Shown here in pieces: positions 1 to 8,273 of a stretch of DNA of 16,226 nt. Position numbers and translations under genes: made by a program. Location: assembly GCA_016184305.1 (NCBI GenBank), contig JACPCX010000044.1, positions 1 through 16,226 on the forward strand, read 5' to 3'. Every line of letters starts with the position of its first letter. The first letter of the stretch is position 1. The notes beneath the pieces were generated by a model. That model was not told the origin of the DNA and did not search any database. It saw nothing but the letters and a program-made list of their open reading frames with translations. The stretch comes from Candidatus Rokuibacteriota bacterium. Lineage in GTDB: Bacteria > Methylomirabilota > Methylomirabilia > Rokubacteriales > CSP1-6.

Positions 1-127
1 CGCGTCTCCCGCCTGGCCAGCGGTTTCCACATGAGACCAGCATGATAGCAGCGCGGGCTTCCGGTTGACGAGGGCCGCGTCGTCGCCGATGATGCGGGGG
101 TCGCGCGCGAGCCGCGCGGCGCGACCC

Positions 128-556
128 ATGCCCGACGATCTCCTGACCGCCGTCCGCGAGCGCGCCCAGGCCAATTCCTTCTGGCGCCACCTCGGCATCG
201 AGGTGGACGACGCCCGGGAGGGGTGGGTGCGCCTCCGCGTGCCCATCCGCGACGCCCTCCGCAACGCCCCCGGCGCCCCCGTCCACGGTGGTGTCTACAG
301 CGCGCTGGTCGACATGGCCGTGGGCGGGGCGCTGAGCACACTGCACGAGACGTCCGCGGGAGGCGTCGGGCAGACGACGCTGGACCTCAACGTGAGCTTC
401 CTCGCCGCCGCCACCGAGGGCGAGGTCTTCGCCGAGGGGCGCATCCTGCGCCGCGGCCGGACCATCGCATTCGGCGAGGCGACCATCACCGACTCGGCCG
501 GCCGGCTGCTGGCCGTCGGCCGGGCCACCTACATGATCATCCTGCCGCGCTCCTGA
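128..556 (+). CDS. PaaI-family (hotdog-fold) thioesterase
   Basis: Translation from ATG128 (MPDDLL...) has the NAPGAPVHGGVYSALVD (HGG..D) motif, TLDLNVSFL and GRILRRGRTIAFGEA, all typical of PaaI hotdog thioesterases. About 142 aa. The ORF track extends the frame to 65. Confidence 0.9.
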   Translation: MPDDLLTAVRERAQANSFWRHLGIEVDDAREGWVRLRVPIRDALRNAPGAPVHGGVYSALVDMAVGGALSTLHETSAGGVGQTTLDLNVSFLAAATEGEVFAEGRILRRGRTIAFGEATITDSAGRLLAVGRATYMIILPRS

Positions 557-579
557 GCGCGCTCCCGGAGGACGATTCC

Positions 580-1563
580 GTGGCCATCAAGATCGTGTTC
601 TCGCCCCCGCTCCCGGCCGCCATCATGAACGTTGCCCGCGCCATGGTCCCGGCGGGCTTCGAGCTCCACGTGGTGAAGCAGACCGCGCCGGAGTTCCTGC
701 CATCGCTCCACGACGCGGAGTTCTACCTGGGCTTCGCCCGCGAGGCGCTGGGCCGGGACTTCTACCGCGCGGCCCCGCGCCTCAAGCTGGTGCAGCTCAT
801 CAGCGCGGGGTACGACCGCCTCGACATCGCGGCCGCGCGCCAGGCGCGGGTCCCCATCGCCAACAACGGGGGCGCCAACTCGGTGGCCGTGGCCGAGCAC
901 ACGCTCATGCTCATCCTGGCCGTCTACAAGCGCCTCGTCTGGCAGCATCAGAACGTGGTGGCCGGAAAGTGGCGGGTGGGCGACTTCGCCCAGACGCGCC
1001 TCTTCGAGGTCGAGGGCAAGACGCTGGGCATCGTGGGGCTCGGCCGCATCGGCAAGCGGGTGGCGCGGCGGGCCCAAGCCTTCGACATGGCCGTGGTGTA
1101 CCACGACATCGTGCGCCTCGGCGAGGACCAGGAGGACGCCCTCGGCCTGCGCTTCGTGCTCTTGCCGGAGCTCCTGCGCACCTCGGACGTGGTGAGCCTG
1201 CACGTGCCGCTCAATGCCGAGACCCGCAACATGATGAGCACGGCGGAGCTCAACGCCATGAAGGACACGGCGATCCTCATCAACACCTGCCGGGGGCCGG
1301 TGGTGGACGAGGCGGCGCTCCACAAGGCGCTGACCTCGGGGCAAATCGCCGGGGCGGGGCTTGACGTCATGGTGCAGGAGCCGCCGGGGGCGGATCACCC
1401 GCTCTTCGCCCTCGCCAACGTGATCATCACGCCGCACACGGCCGGCCCCACCTGGGAGAACTGGACGAAGGCATTCCGCAACGGCTTCGACAATATCCTG
1501 CGCGTGGCGGCCGGCCGCCCCCCGGAGTGGGTGATCCCCGAGCTGCGCGAGCCGACGCGCTGA
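580..1563 (+). CDS. D-isomer-specific 2-hydroxyacid dehydrogenase (glyoxylate reductase/phosphoglycerate dehydrogenase-like)
   Basis: GTG580 follows GGAGGA (567-572). Contains SVAVAEH, Rossmann GLGRIG, and catalytic R (NTCRG), E (DVMVQEP) and H (TPHTAG). Confidence 0.93.
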   Translation: MAIKIVFSPPLPAAIMNVARAMVPAGFELHVVKQTAPEFLPSLHDAEFYLGFAREALGRDFYRAAPRLKLVQLISAGYDRLDIAAARQARVPIANNGGANSVAVAEHTLMLILAVYKRLVWQHQNVVAGKWRVGDFAQTRLFEVEGKTLGIVGLGRIGKRVARRAQAFDMAVVYHDIVRLGEDQEDALGLRFVLLPELLRTSDVVSLHVPLNAETRNMMSTAELNAMKDTAILINTCRGPVVDEAALHKALTSGQIAGAGLDVMVQEPPGADHPLFALANVIITPHTAGPTWENWTKAFRNGFDNILRVAAGRPPEWVIPELREPTR

Positions 1564-1654
1564 CGCGACCTCGTGGTCGCGCGCGGGGCCGCGGGGGCGC
1601 CAGCCAGCGGGTCCTGGCCCGTCGGGCGAGGAGCGCAGGCCAGCCGGGAGCGGA

Positions 1655-2227
1655 TCAGATGACGCCGGCCGCCCGGAAGCGGGCGATGTCGGCGTCGGCG
1701 TAGCCCGCCTCGCGCAGGATCTCCTCCGAGTGCTGGCCGGCCATGGGCGGCGGCCGGCGCACGCAGGCCCTTCCCGTGGACAGCTCCACCGGGAAGCGGA
1801 GGAACTTGACCGGCCCCGCCACGGGGTGGAGTGCCTCCTCCACGACGTCCGCCGCCTGCACGGCCGGATGAGCGAAGGTCTCCGGGTACGTCAGGACGGG
1901 CACCGCCCAGACCGCGCGCTCTTCCAGGAAGGCCAGCCACTCGGCGGTGGTCCGCGTCCTGAGCACCGGCACGAGCGCCCGCGCGATCTCCTCCCTGGCG
2001 TGGTTCCGGTGCGCGAGCAGAAAGAACGCGCTCACGCCGTTGAGGTAGAGATCGCAGCCGGCCCAGTTGCGCTCCCAGAGCTTGCCTCCGGGAGGCTCGA
2101 TCTTGACCACGTCGGCGCCGAGGTCGGCCAGGAACTGCACGCCCGAGGGGCCCAGCAGGAACTGGGTGAAGGAGAGCACGCGGACACCCGCCAGGACGGA
2201 CAGCGGCGGGCGCGGGTCAGCGCTCAC
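1655..2227 (-). pseudogene. Family III (CaiB/BaiF) CoA transferase with a large in-frame internal deletion
   Basis: The CaiB N-terminus (LAGVRVLSFTQFLLGP...LADLGADVVKIEPP...FFLLAHRN) is joined directly to the CaiB C-terminus (RTRTTAEW...RRPPPMAGQHSEEILREAGY). Only 190 aa against about 400 for the family. The RS..LDLK, ENFRPG and catalytic Asp regions are absent. Its GTG start overlaps the upstream stop (GTGA). Confidence 0.8.
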
Positions 2228-2652
2228 TCGACGATCTTGAGGATGTGGGTGGCCGCGGCCACCACGTCGCCCCTTTGCGTGGCGCAGGTCACGCGAGCGA
2301 AGGTCTTGAGCGCCGCCGGGTCGCGCTCGACGATCTCGTAGGTCACGGTGACCGTGTCGCCGAAGAACAGCGGCGCGGGGAAGCGCACCCGGTCGTAGCC
2401 GTAGGAGATGATGGTACCGGGCAGCCCCTCGATGATCTTGGTGGAGGCGGCCGACATGAGGCCGATGCAGAGCGCCCCGTGGGCGATGCGCCGGCCGTAG
2501 CGCGTCCCGCGCATGTACTCCTCGTCCGTGTGGTTCGGCGAGTGGTCCCCCGTGAGGCCGGCGAAGAGGTAGACGTCGGACTCGGAGACGGTCCGGCGCA
2601 CGGTGACCCTGCGCCCCACCGGGAGTGCCGCGAACGCTTCGCTGGACGCCAT
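2224..2652 (-). CDS. MaoC-like (R)-specific enoyl-CoA hydratase/dehydratase
   Basis: From ATG2652 (MASSEAF...): hydratase motif FAGLTGDHSPNHTDEEY...RIAHG (D..H dyad) and YGYDRVRFPAPLFFGDTV. Confidence 0.9.
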   Translation of the reverse strand: MASSEAFAALPVGRRVTVRRTVSESDVYLFAGLTGDHSPNHTDEEYMRGTRYGRRIAHGALCIGLMSAASTKIIEGLPGTIISYGYDRVRFPAPLFFGDTVTVTYEIVERDPAALKTFARVTCATQRGDVVAAATHILKIVE

Positions 2653-2709
2653 GCCCTCTTCAATACCAGAGATGCACACCGCCGCGCAACCAGACCCGCG
2701 CCAGGCCGC

Positions 2710-2738
2710 TTGACGGCACACCGGCAGGCGTTTACGCT
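2710..2738 (+). promoter_or_regulatory. Putative sigma70-type promoter for the LLM oxidoreductase gene
   Basis: TTGACG (2710-2715), a 17-nt spacer, then TACGCT (2733-2738), 53 nt upstream of ATG2792. Confidence 0.5.
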
Positions 2739-2791
2739 CGACGCGGTTGGCGCTGTTCCGTGGACTCACCCTTCACCTCCCGGAGGATCTC

Positions 2792-3640
2792 ATGCGCATC
2801 GGCCTCTGCATCTTCGCCACGGACTATTCGATCCGCCCAGACGAGCTGGCGCGCGCCGCGGAGGAGCGGGGCTTCGAGTCGCTCTTCCTGACCGAGCACA
2901 CGCATATCCCCGCCGGCCGCCGCACCCCCTTCCCCGGCGGCGGCGAGCTGCCTCGCGAGTACTCGCACACGCTGGACCCCTTCGTGGCGCTCATGGCCGC
3001 CGCGGCGGCGACCCGGACGCTCCTCGTCGGCACGGGGATCTGCCTCCTCATCGAGCGCGACACGATCACGACAGCCAAGGAGGTGGCGAGCCTCGATCTG
3101 CTCTCGGGCGGGCGCTTCCTGTTCGGGATCGGCGGCGGCTGGAACGCCGAGGAGATGGAGAATCACGGCACGATCTTCAAGACACGCTTCAGGCGGCTCA
3201 CGGAGCAGGTGCTCGCCATGAAGGAGATCTGGACCAAGGACGAGGCCGAGTTCCACGGCGAGATCGTGCGCTTCGACCCCATCTGGGCATGGCCGAAGCC
3301 CGTGCAGAAGCCGCACCCGCCCATCCTCATGGGAGGCGAGAGCGGCCACACGCTGCAGCGCGTGGTGGACTTCTGCGACGGCTGGTTCCCGCGGGGGCGC
3401 GCCGGCGAGCGCGTCCTCGGCGGGCTCGCGGATCTGCGCGCGCGGGCTTCGCGCGCCGGGCGCGACATGAAGACGATCTCGGTGTCCGTCTTCGGCACCG
3501 CCTCGGACGAGGCGCTGCTGGACCGTTACGCCGCGGCCGGCATCACCCGCGCCGTCCTCCGGCTGCCATCGGAGGGCCGCGACGCGGTGCTCTCGCGGCT
3601 GGACCGCTACGGCCCCCTCATCGCCAAGTTCGGCCGCTGA
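2792..3640 (+). CDS. LLM-class flavin/F420-dependent oxidoreductase (Rv2161c-like)
   Basis: ATG2792 follows GGAGG. Contains AEERGFESLFLTEHTHIP, LDPFVAL, AKEVASLDLLSGGRFLFGIGGGWNAEEMENHG and PKPVQKPHPPILMGG. Confidence 0.92.
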   Translation: MRIGLCIFATDYSIRPDELARAAEERGFESLFLTEHTHIPAGRRTPFPGGGELPREYSHTLDPFVALMAAAAATRTLLVGTGICLLIERDTITTAKEVASLDLLSGGRFLFGIGGGWNAEEMENHGTIFKTRFRRLTEQVLAMKEIWTKDEAEFHGEIVRFDPIWAWPKPVQKPHPPILMGGESGHTLQRVVDFCDGWFPRGRAGERVLGGLADLRARASRAGRDMKTISVSVFGTASDEALLDRYAAAGITRAVLRLPSEGRDAVLSRLDRYGPLIAKFGR

Positions 3641-3692
3641 TCGCTGAAAGGAGGCGCGGCCCGCGGCAGCGCGGCCGCGCCCGCAGGGCACA

Positions 3693-3858
3693 GCCGAGGT
3701 CGGGCTCGACCTGGAGCGCGTCGTTGAACCGATTCGTGAAGTTGGGCCATCACGGCGAACATGTTGGGCATCTTTCCGTAGGCCTTCGTGAGGCCGTCGT
3801 AGATCGGCTTCACGTCCTCCGCGGCCTGCTCCGCCGGGATCGGATTCACGATCGCCAT
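3693..3858 (-). pseudogene. Remnant of a carboxymuconolactone decarboxylase/AhpD-like (peroxidase-related) gene with an internal frameshifting deletion
   Basis: RBS GGAAGGAGG, then MAIVNPIPAEQAAEDVKPIYDGLTKAYGKMPNMFAVMA (N-terminus). After one extra base the +1 frame reads NFTNRFNDALQVEPDLG (3743-3693), which resembles the family C-terminus. The central CxxC..H segment is missing. Confidence 0.75.
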
Positions 3859-3937
3859 GGAACGCCTCCTTCCCGTCCTCCGCGGCCTGCTCCGCCGGGA
3901 TCGGATTCACGATCGCCATGGAACGCCTCCTTCCCGT
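3813..3937. repeat. Exact 61-bp tandem duplication (2 copies plus 3 bp)
   Basis: 3813-3873 is identical to 3874-3934 (cgtcctccgcggcctgctccgccgggatcggattcacgatcgccatggaacgcctccttcc), with 'cgt' repeated again at 3935-3937. Confidence 0.97.
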
Positions 3938-3983
3938 TAGCTGTGAGGGTCGCGGATAGGGCTTGACCGCCGGCACGCGGACG

Positions 3984-5279
3984 CTACCGCGGGGGCTTTG
4001 GGATGCGGCCGGCGACGGCGCGCACCTTGCGCGGCGCCGCCAGCCAGATCGCGACGATGGAGACGACGCTCGCGCCCATGGCCAGCCAGAACGCGGGCGC
4101 GTAGGAGCCGGCGCGGTCGTAGAGTGCGCCCGCGACCCACGGGCCCATCCCGGAGCCCGCGCCCGCACCGAGGCCGAGCGTGCCGAAGACCGTGCCGTAA
4201 TGCCGCCCCTGGAAGAGCTCGGCGGGGATCGCGCCGAACACGGAGGCCAGCCCGTAGCCGAGCATGCCCTGGCAGGCCACCATCAGGTAGAGCAGGGTCG
4301 GCGTCGGATATTGCCGCATCAGGATCAGCAGGACGTAGCAGAGGATGAAGCCCGCGCTGGCGAGCGTCCACACCCACTCGCGGCCCACGCGGTCCGACAG
4401 ATGGCCGAGGCTGATCTGCCCCACGACGCCGCCCAGCCCCACGAAGCCCAGCGCATAGGCCGCCACCGCGGGGCTGAAGCCGATCTCGATCAGGTACTTC
4501 GTCTGATGCACCTGGACGGCATACCAGGCGAAGAGCCCGGCGAAGAATCCGAGGAACACCCACCAGAAGCGCGCCGTTCGCATGGCGCGGGCGAGGGTCC
4601 AGTCCACGGAGGCCCAGGCCTGGTCCACCACGTTCTCCGGATGCGAGCGGCCGGCCGAGATCGAGGCAGGCGCGAGATCGCCGTCCGCGAGGAGATGCAG
4701 ATCCTCCGGGTGGCGCCGCTGGAAGACGGCGTTGAGCGGCACGAGGGTCACGGCGAGCAGCGCGGCCATCGCCCAGCACGCCTGCCGCCATCCCGAGCGG
4801 AGAATGAGCCCCTGCAGCCATGGGAAGAGGATGATGGAGCCGATCCCGACCCCCGCGAAGGCGAGCCCCATGGCCGCGCCGCGGCGCCTGATGAACCAGT
4901 GGGGCAGGAACAGCGCATGTCCCGTGTACCCGACACAGACGCTCCCGCCCACGACGAGCACGCCGAGGGTCAGGTAGAGGTGCCAGGGCTCGCGCGCCAG
5001 CGTGCCCAGGACGAGGCCGGCACAGATGAGCCCCACGCCCAGGGGAATCACCCGGCGCGGGCCCCACCGGTCCATGAGCCGGCCGAGAAACGGGGTGAAG
5101 AGCATGGAGATCAGGAAGCCCACGGAGATGGTCCCCGCGGTGACGCCGCGCTCCCAGCCGAACTCGTCGAGGATGGGCGGAAAGAGGAGCGAGAAGGCCG
5201 TGCGCGTGTTCACACCGATGGCCATGGTGACGAAGGCCACGGCCACGACGATCCAGCCATAGAAGAAGGGCACGCGCAT
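3984..5279 (-). CDS. MFS transporter (monocarboxylate/oxalate-formate antiporter-like)
   Basis: 431 aa with about 12 hydrophobic segments. FFYGWIVV N-terminus, MFS motif A in both halves (GRLMDRWGPR and GHLSDRVGRE), and GALYDRAGSY. Confidence 0.93.
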   Translation of the reverse strand: MRVPFFYGWIVVAVAFVTMAIGVNTRTAFSLLFPPILDEFGWERGVTAGTISVGFLISMLFTPFLGRLMDRWGPRRVIPLGVGLICAGLVLGTLAREPWHLYLTLGVLVVGGSVCVGYTGHALFLPHWFIRRRGAAMGLAFAGVGIGSIILFPWLQGLILRSGWRQACWAMAALLAVTLVPLNAVFQRRHPEDLHLLADGDLAPASISAGRSHPENVVDQAWASVDWTLARAMRTARFWWVFLGFFAGLFAWYAVQVHQTKYLIEIGFSPAVAAYALGFVGLGGVVGQISLGHLSDRVGREWVWTLASAGFILCYVLLILMRQYPTPTLLYLMVACQGMLGYGLASVFGAIPAELFQGRHYGTVFGTLGLGAGAGSGMGPWVAGALYDRAGSYAPAFWLAMGASVVSIVAIWLAAPRKVRAVAGRIPKPPR

Positions 5280-5362
5280 GTGAACTCCCGCGGTATCCTC
5301 TCACATGCTCAGACGCGTGGTCCGCAATCTCGAGGGCGTGAGATGAACGGCACGCCGCGGCC

Positions 5363-6415
5363 ATGACCTCCAGCTCGCCGCTCTCCACGTGGTTCGCGAC
5401 CAACGCCGCGCTCGCGCGCTTCAGGGCCCGGCGGCTCGGGCGCGCCCCGGCCCTGCTCCCGCCCCGCGATCGCGCCGGGCGAGCGGTGGCGCCCGGTTTC
5501 CGCGCGTCGCTCGCGCTGGCCGCCTCCGGGCTTCCCTTCCAGATCGCCGCGGACCGACACTACGACCGCTCGGCGGATCCACGTCGCCTCCGTGGAGCCC
5601 TCGCCGGCGGACAGACGATCTTCCTGCCCCAGATCCACCAGGTGCTGCCGCGTCTGATGCGGCTCATGGTGGCCCTCCGCATCGCCTTCATCGGCCACGC
5701 GCAGGAGGAGTGCTCCTTCCTCTTCATGGTCGAGGGTCGGGGGCGTCCGGCCATGGGGCTCCACCACGACGGCGACGTGGAGTCCTTCTGGCTCCAGATC
5801 GAGGGGCGCAGGACCGTCACCATCGGCCCACCCGTGCCGCCGGGCACGCCCGAGGATCTGCCTGCCGGCTGGCCCACGCGCAGCGGCGGGGCGCGCCGCG
5901 GCGGCTGGTGGACAGGCGCCCTCGAGCCCGGCACGCTCCTGTACGTGCCGCCGCGGACCCCACACGACGTGATCTGCCGCGGCAGATCACTGGCGATCTC
6001 GCTCACCTGGAAGCGCAGGGGCGGGGCCAGACCCGTGTGGACGCCCCCGGCCTCCTTCACTCGACGCCGGGCCGCGGGCCTCACGACCTGGGACGTGGTC
6101 TCGGGGCGCGTGGAACGCATCCCGCGCGCGAGTCGCGAACGCCTGTGGACCCAGGTGCCGGCCCTCGCGGGGCCCGTGGATCGCGCGCTGCACCGCCTGC
6201 CCGTCTGGCTGCCCGACGGAGCTGTCGTCTGGCTGCCGGCCGAGGCCGCCGGGCTCGCGCGCCGGCTCGCCCTCATGCCGAGCCTCTTGCCGGGAGACGC
6301 GCGTGCCCCGGATTGCGACTCGCTCATCGAGCATGGCGTCCTGGCTTTGCGCGACCTGCCGCTCGTCATCCTCCCCGCGGACCCCGCAGCCCTCGACGGC
6401 TGGCGCTTCGCCTGA
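5363..6415 (+). CDS. JmjC/cupin-like 2OG-Fe(II) oxygenase (Cupin_4/ROX-like)
   Basis: GLHHDGDVESFWLQIEGRR (HxD) and LEPGTLLYVPPRTPHDV (distal His) match the JmjC facial triad and the L.PG..LY.P....H motif. The start codon is uncertain. Confidence 0.75.
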   Translation: MTSSSPLSTWFATNAALARFRARRLGRAPALLPPRDRAGRAVAPGFRASLALAASGLPFQIAADRHYDRSADPRRLRGALAGGQTIFLPQIHQVLPRLMRLMVALRIAFIGHAQEECSFLFMVEGRGRPAMGLHHDGDVESFWLQIEGRRTVTIGPPVPPGTPEDLPAGWPTRSGGARRGGWWTGALEPGTLLYVPPRTPHDVICRGRSLAISLTWKRRGGARPVWTPPASFTRRRAAGLTTWDVVSGRVERIPRASRERLWTQVPALAGPVDRALHRLPVWLPDGAVVWLPAEAAGLARRLALMPSLLPGDARAPDCDSLIEHGVLALRDLPLVILPADPAALDGWRFA

Positions 6416-6457
6416 TCAGCGCCGGCGGGCCCTCTCCCGCGAGCTCGCCCCGGCGCC

Positions 6458-7168
6458 TCAGCTCTTGAGAGTGGCGATCAGGCCGGCCACCGCGCGGATC
6501 CCGGCCTCGACGAGGCCGACGGGACCGGAGAGGTCGAGCCCGCCCGCCTCGCGGTCCCGGAACAGGCGGTGGACTTCCATTCGGTCCGCGAGGAGCCGCG
6601 CGGCCAGCGCCGGGTCCTCGGTGGTCCGCCGGATCTCCGCTTGCTTGAGCTCGCGGATGACGGTCTCGACCTGCTTCGGGTCGAGCATCGAGACGGGCGC
6701 GCGGCAGTGGCCGCAGATGGACGCCTCGGCGAGGTCCACCGGCGCCCCGCAGCTCGAGCACTGGATCATCTGGACGTGTCGTCGGAGCTCGGCCAGCTCG
6801 GCGGGCGCGAGCGGGCGGACGAAGTCCTTCTCCCGGAGGAACTCGGCGAAGGTGATGAAGCGCCCGTGTTCGCCCGGGCATCTCCAGTAGCGGAAGCGGG
6901 TGCCGCGCTGGATGTCGGCGGTCCGAGCCAGGCGCGCACGGCACCGCGGACAGGCCAGCGTGTCGGTCAGCGGGGGCCGCGACTCCCCTCGCTGCTCGTG
7001 GATCAGGGTGAAGAGGCGCAGGACGGAGCCCGGCGTGAGGACGATGCTCTCATTGGTGTCGAACCAGAACGCGCCGCATCCCGCGCACCAGTCGAGTCCC
7101 ACGGGGCGGCCGTAGTGGGCCTCCAGAGTCTGGGAGGCCATCTCGTGGCTGCAGCCCGGGCACTGCAT
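6458..7168 (-). CDS. Multi zinc-ribbon protein (zf-TFIIB-like repeats)
   Basis: From ATG7168: CPGC...CAGCGAFWFD..E, CPRC...CPGEHG and CSSC...CGHC. The start lies 8 nt downstream of the SPFH stop. Confidence 0.85.
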   Translation of the reverse strand: MQCPGCSHEMASQTLEAHYGRPVGLDWCAGCGAFWFDTNESIVLTPGSVLRLFTLIHEQRGESRPPLTDTLACPRCRARLARTADIQRGTRFRYWRCPGEHGRFITFAEFLREKDFVRPLAPAELAELRRHVQMIQCSSCGAPVDLAEASICGHCRAPVSMLDPKQVETVIRELKQAEIRRTTEDPALAARLLADRMEVHRLFRDREAGGLDLSGPVGLVEAGIRAVAGLIATLKS

Positions 7169-7176
7169 GGATGGCG

Positions 7177-8193
7177 TCAGGCGAGCGGGGCCCCGCACTC
7201 CGGGCAGAACTTGCTGGGCCGGTCGAGCCGCGCCTGGCAGCGCCCGCAGATCAGCGTGGCCGCGGCGGCTGGCGTGGCCGCACCCGCCGGCGGCGCCGCG
7301 GCCGCGGCGTCCCGGGAAGCGGGCTCTGCGGGCTTGGTCGCGCCGATGGCCTGGGCCATGGCTTGTCCCATGGCGATGCCCGCGCCCACGCCCACGCCCG
7401 CGCCGGCGGCGCCGCCGCCCTGCTCGGCGGCAAGGGAAATCGACTGCGCCACCTGGAACTGGGTGTAGCGGCCGAGATCCCCCACGATCCCCATGCCGAT
7501 GCGCTCATCGAGGCGCCGCTGCAGCTCCTCGGGGAGAGAGACATTCTGGATCTGGAAACCCTCGAGCGCCAGTCCCAGCTCGGCGAGAAGCGGAGCGGCC
7601 CTGTCGCGCACGGCGGCCGCGAGCTCCACCTGGTTCGCCGCCATGTCGAGGAAGGGCACATGGCTCTCCCCGAAGTGATCGGCCAGGGTGGTGACCAGGG
7701 TGCTGCGGAGCTGGCCCTCGATGTCTCCCACGAGATAGCTCTCCCGCGTGCCCGACACGCGCTCGTAGAACCTCTCGGGCGCCGCGATGCGGTAGCTGTA
7801 GATGCCATAGGCGCGCAGGCGCACGGCGCCGAACTCCGTGTCGCGGACCGTGACGGGAAGCGCGGTGCCCCAGGTCTGGTTCAGGCGCAGGCGCGTCGAG
7901 AAAAAATAGACCTCGCTCTTGAACGGCGACTCGAAGAGCTTGTCCCAGTGCCGGAGGTCGGTGAGGAGCGGCAGGTTCCGGGTCCGGATCATGTGCCGGC
8001 CTGGCCCGAACAGATCGGCCACCTGCCCCTCGTGGACGAAGACGGCCATCTGGGTCTCGCGCACGACGAGCTGGGTGCCCTGCTGGATCTCCAGGTCCGC
8101 CGTGGGGAAGCGCCAGGCCAGGACATCGTCGCCCGGCTCCGTCCACTCGATGATGTCGATGAACTGCTTCTTGACGAAGTCCATCAGTCCCAT
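7177..8193 (-). CDS. SPFH/Band-7 domain protein of YdjI type with a C-terminal zinc ribbon
   Basis: ATG8193 follows GGAGGAG. Contains MGLMDFVKKQFIDIIEW, QLVVRETQMAVFVHEG, SPFKSEVYF, WGT..P...RD.EFG.VRLRAYG.YS, a Gly/Ala-rich GAGxGxGxAMG segment and C-terminal CGRC...KFCPECGAPL. Confidence 0.92.
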   Translation of the reverse strand: MGLMDFVKKQFIDIIEWTEPGDDVLAWRFPTADLEIQQGTQLVVRETQMAVFVHEGQVADLFGPGRHMIRTRNLPLLTDLRHWDKLFESPFKSEVYFFSTRLRLNQTWGTALPVTVRDTEFGAVRLRAYGIYSYRIAAPERFYERVSGTRESYLVGDIEGQLRSTLVTTLADHFGESHVPFLDMAANQVELAAAVRDRAAPLLAELGLALEGFQIQNVSLPEELQRRLDERIGMGIVGDLGRYTQFQVAQSISLAAEQGGGAAGAGVGVGAGIAMGQAMAQAIGATKPAEPASRDAAAAAPPAGAATPAAAATLICGRCQARLDRPSKFCPECGAPLA

Positions 8194-8273
8194 GAGAGGC
8201 TCCTCCGTTCTGGGTGTCAGGCGCGACGGCCACCCGGGCGCACCCCGCCCGTTTCCCCCTGCGTGACCTATAC

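Noticed and set aside
1..50. Possible divergent gene starting at ATG32 on the minus strand after an extended -10 TGCTATCAT
   Set aside because: Only about 10 codons are in the window, so it cannot be supported as a CDS.
3813..3937. Direct repeat considered as a CRISPR array or IS target-site duplication
   Set aside because: Only two adjacent copies with no spacer, no cas or transposase gene, and the unit is coding sequence plus RBS.
2245..3966. Long alternative-frame ORFs (e.g. 573 aa at 2245-3966, 488 aa at 3937-5403, 517 aa at 8900-10453, 437 aa at 11936-13249)
   Set aside because: Arg/Pro/Gly/Ala-rich shadow frames that overlap well-supported genes. They are expected in very high-GC DNA where stop codons are scarce.
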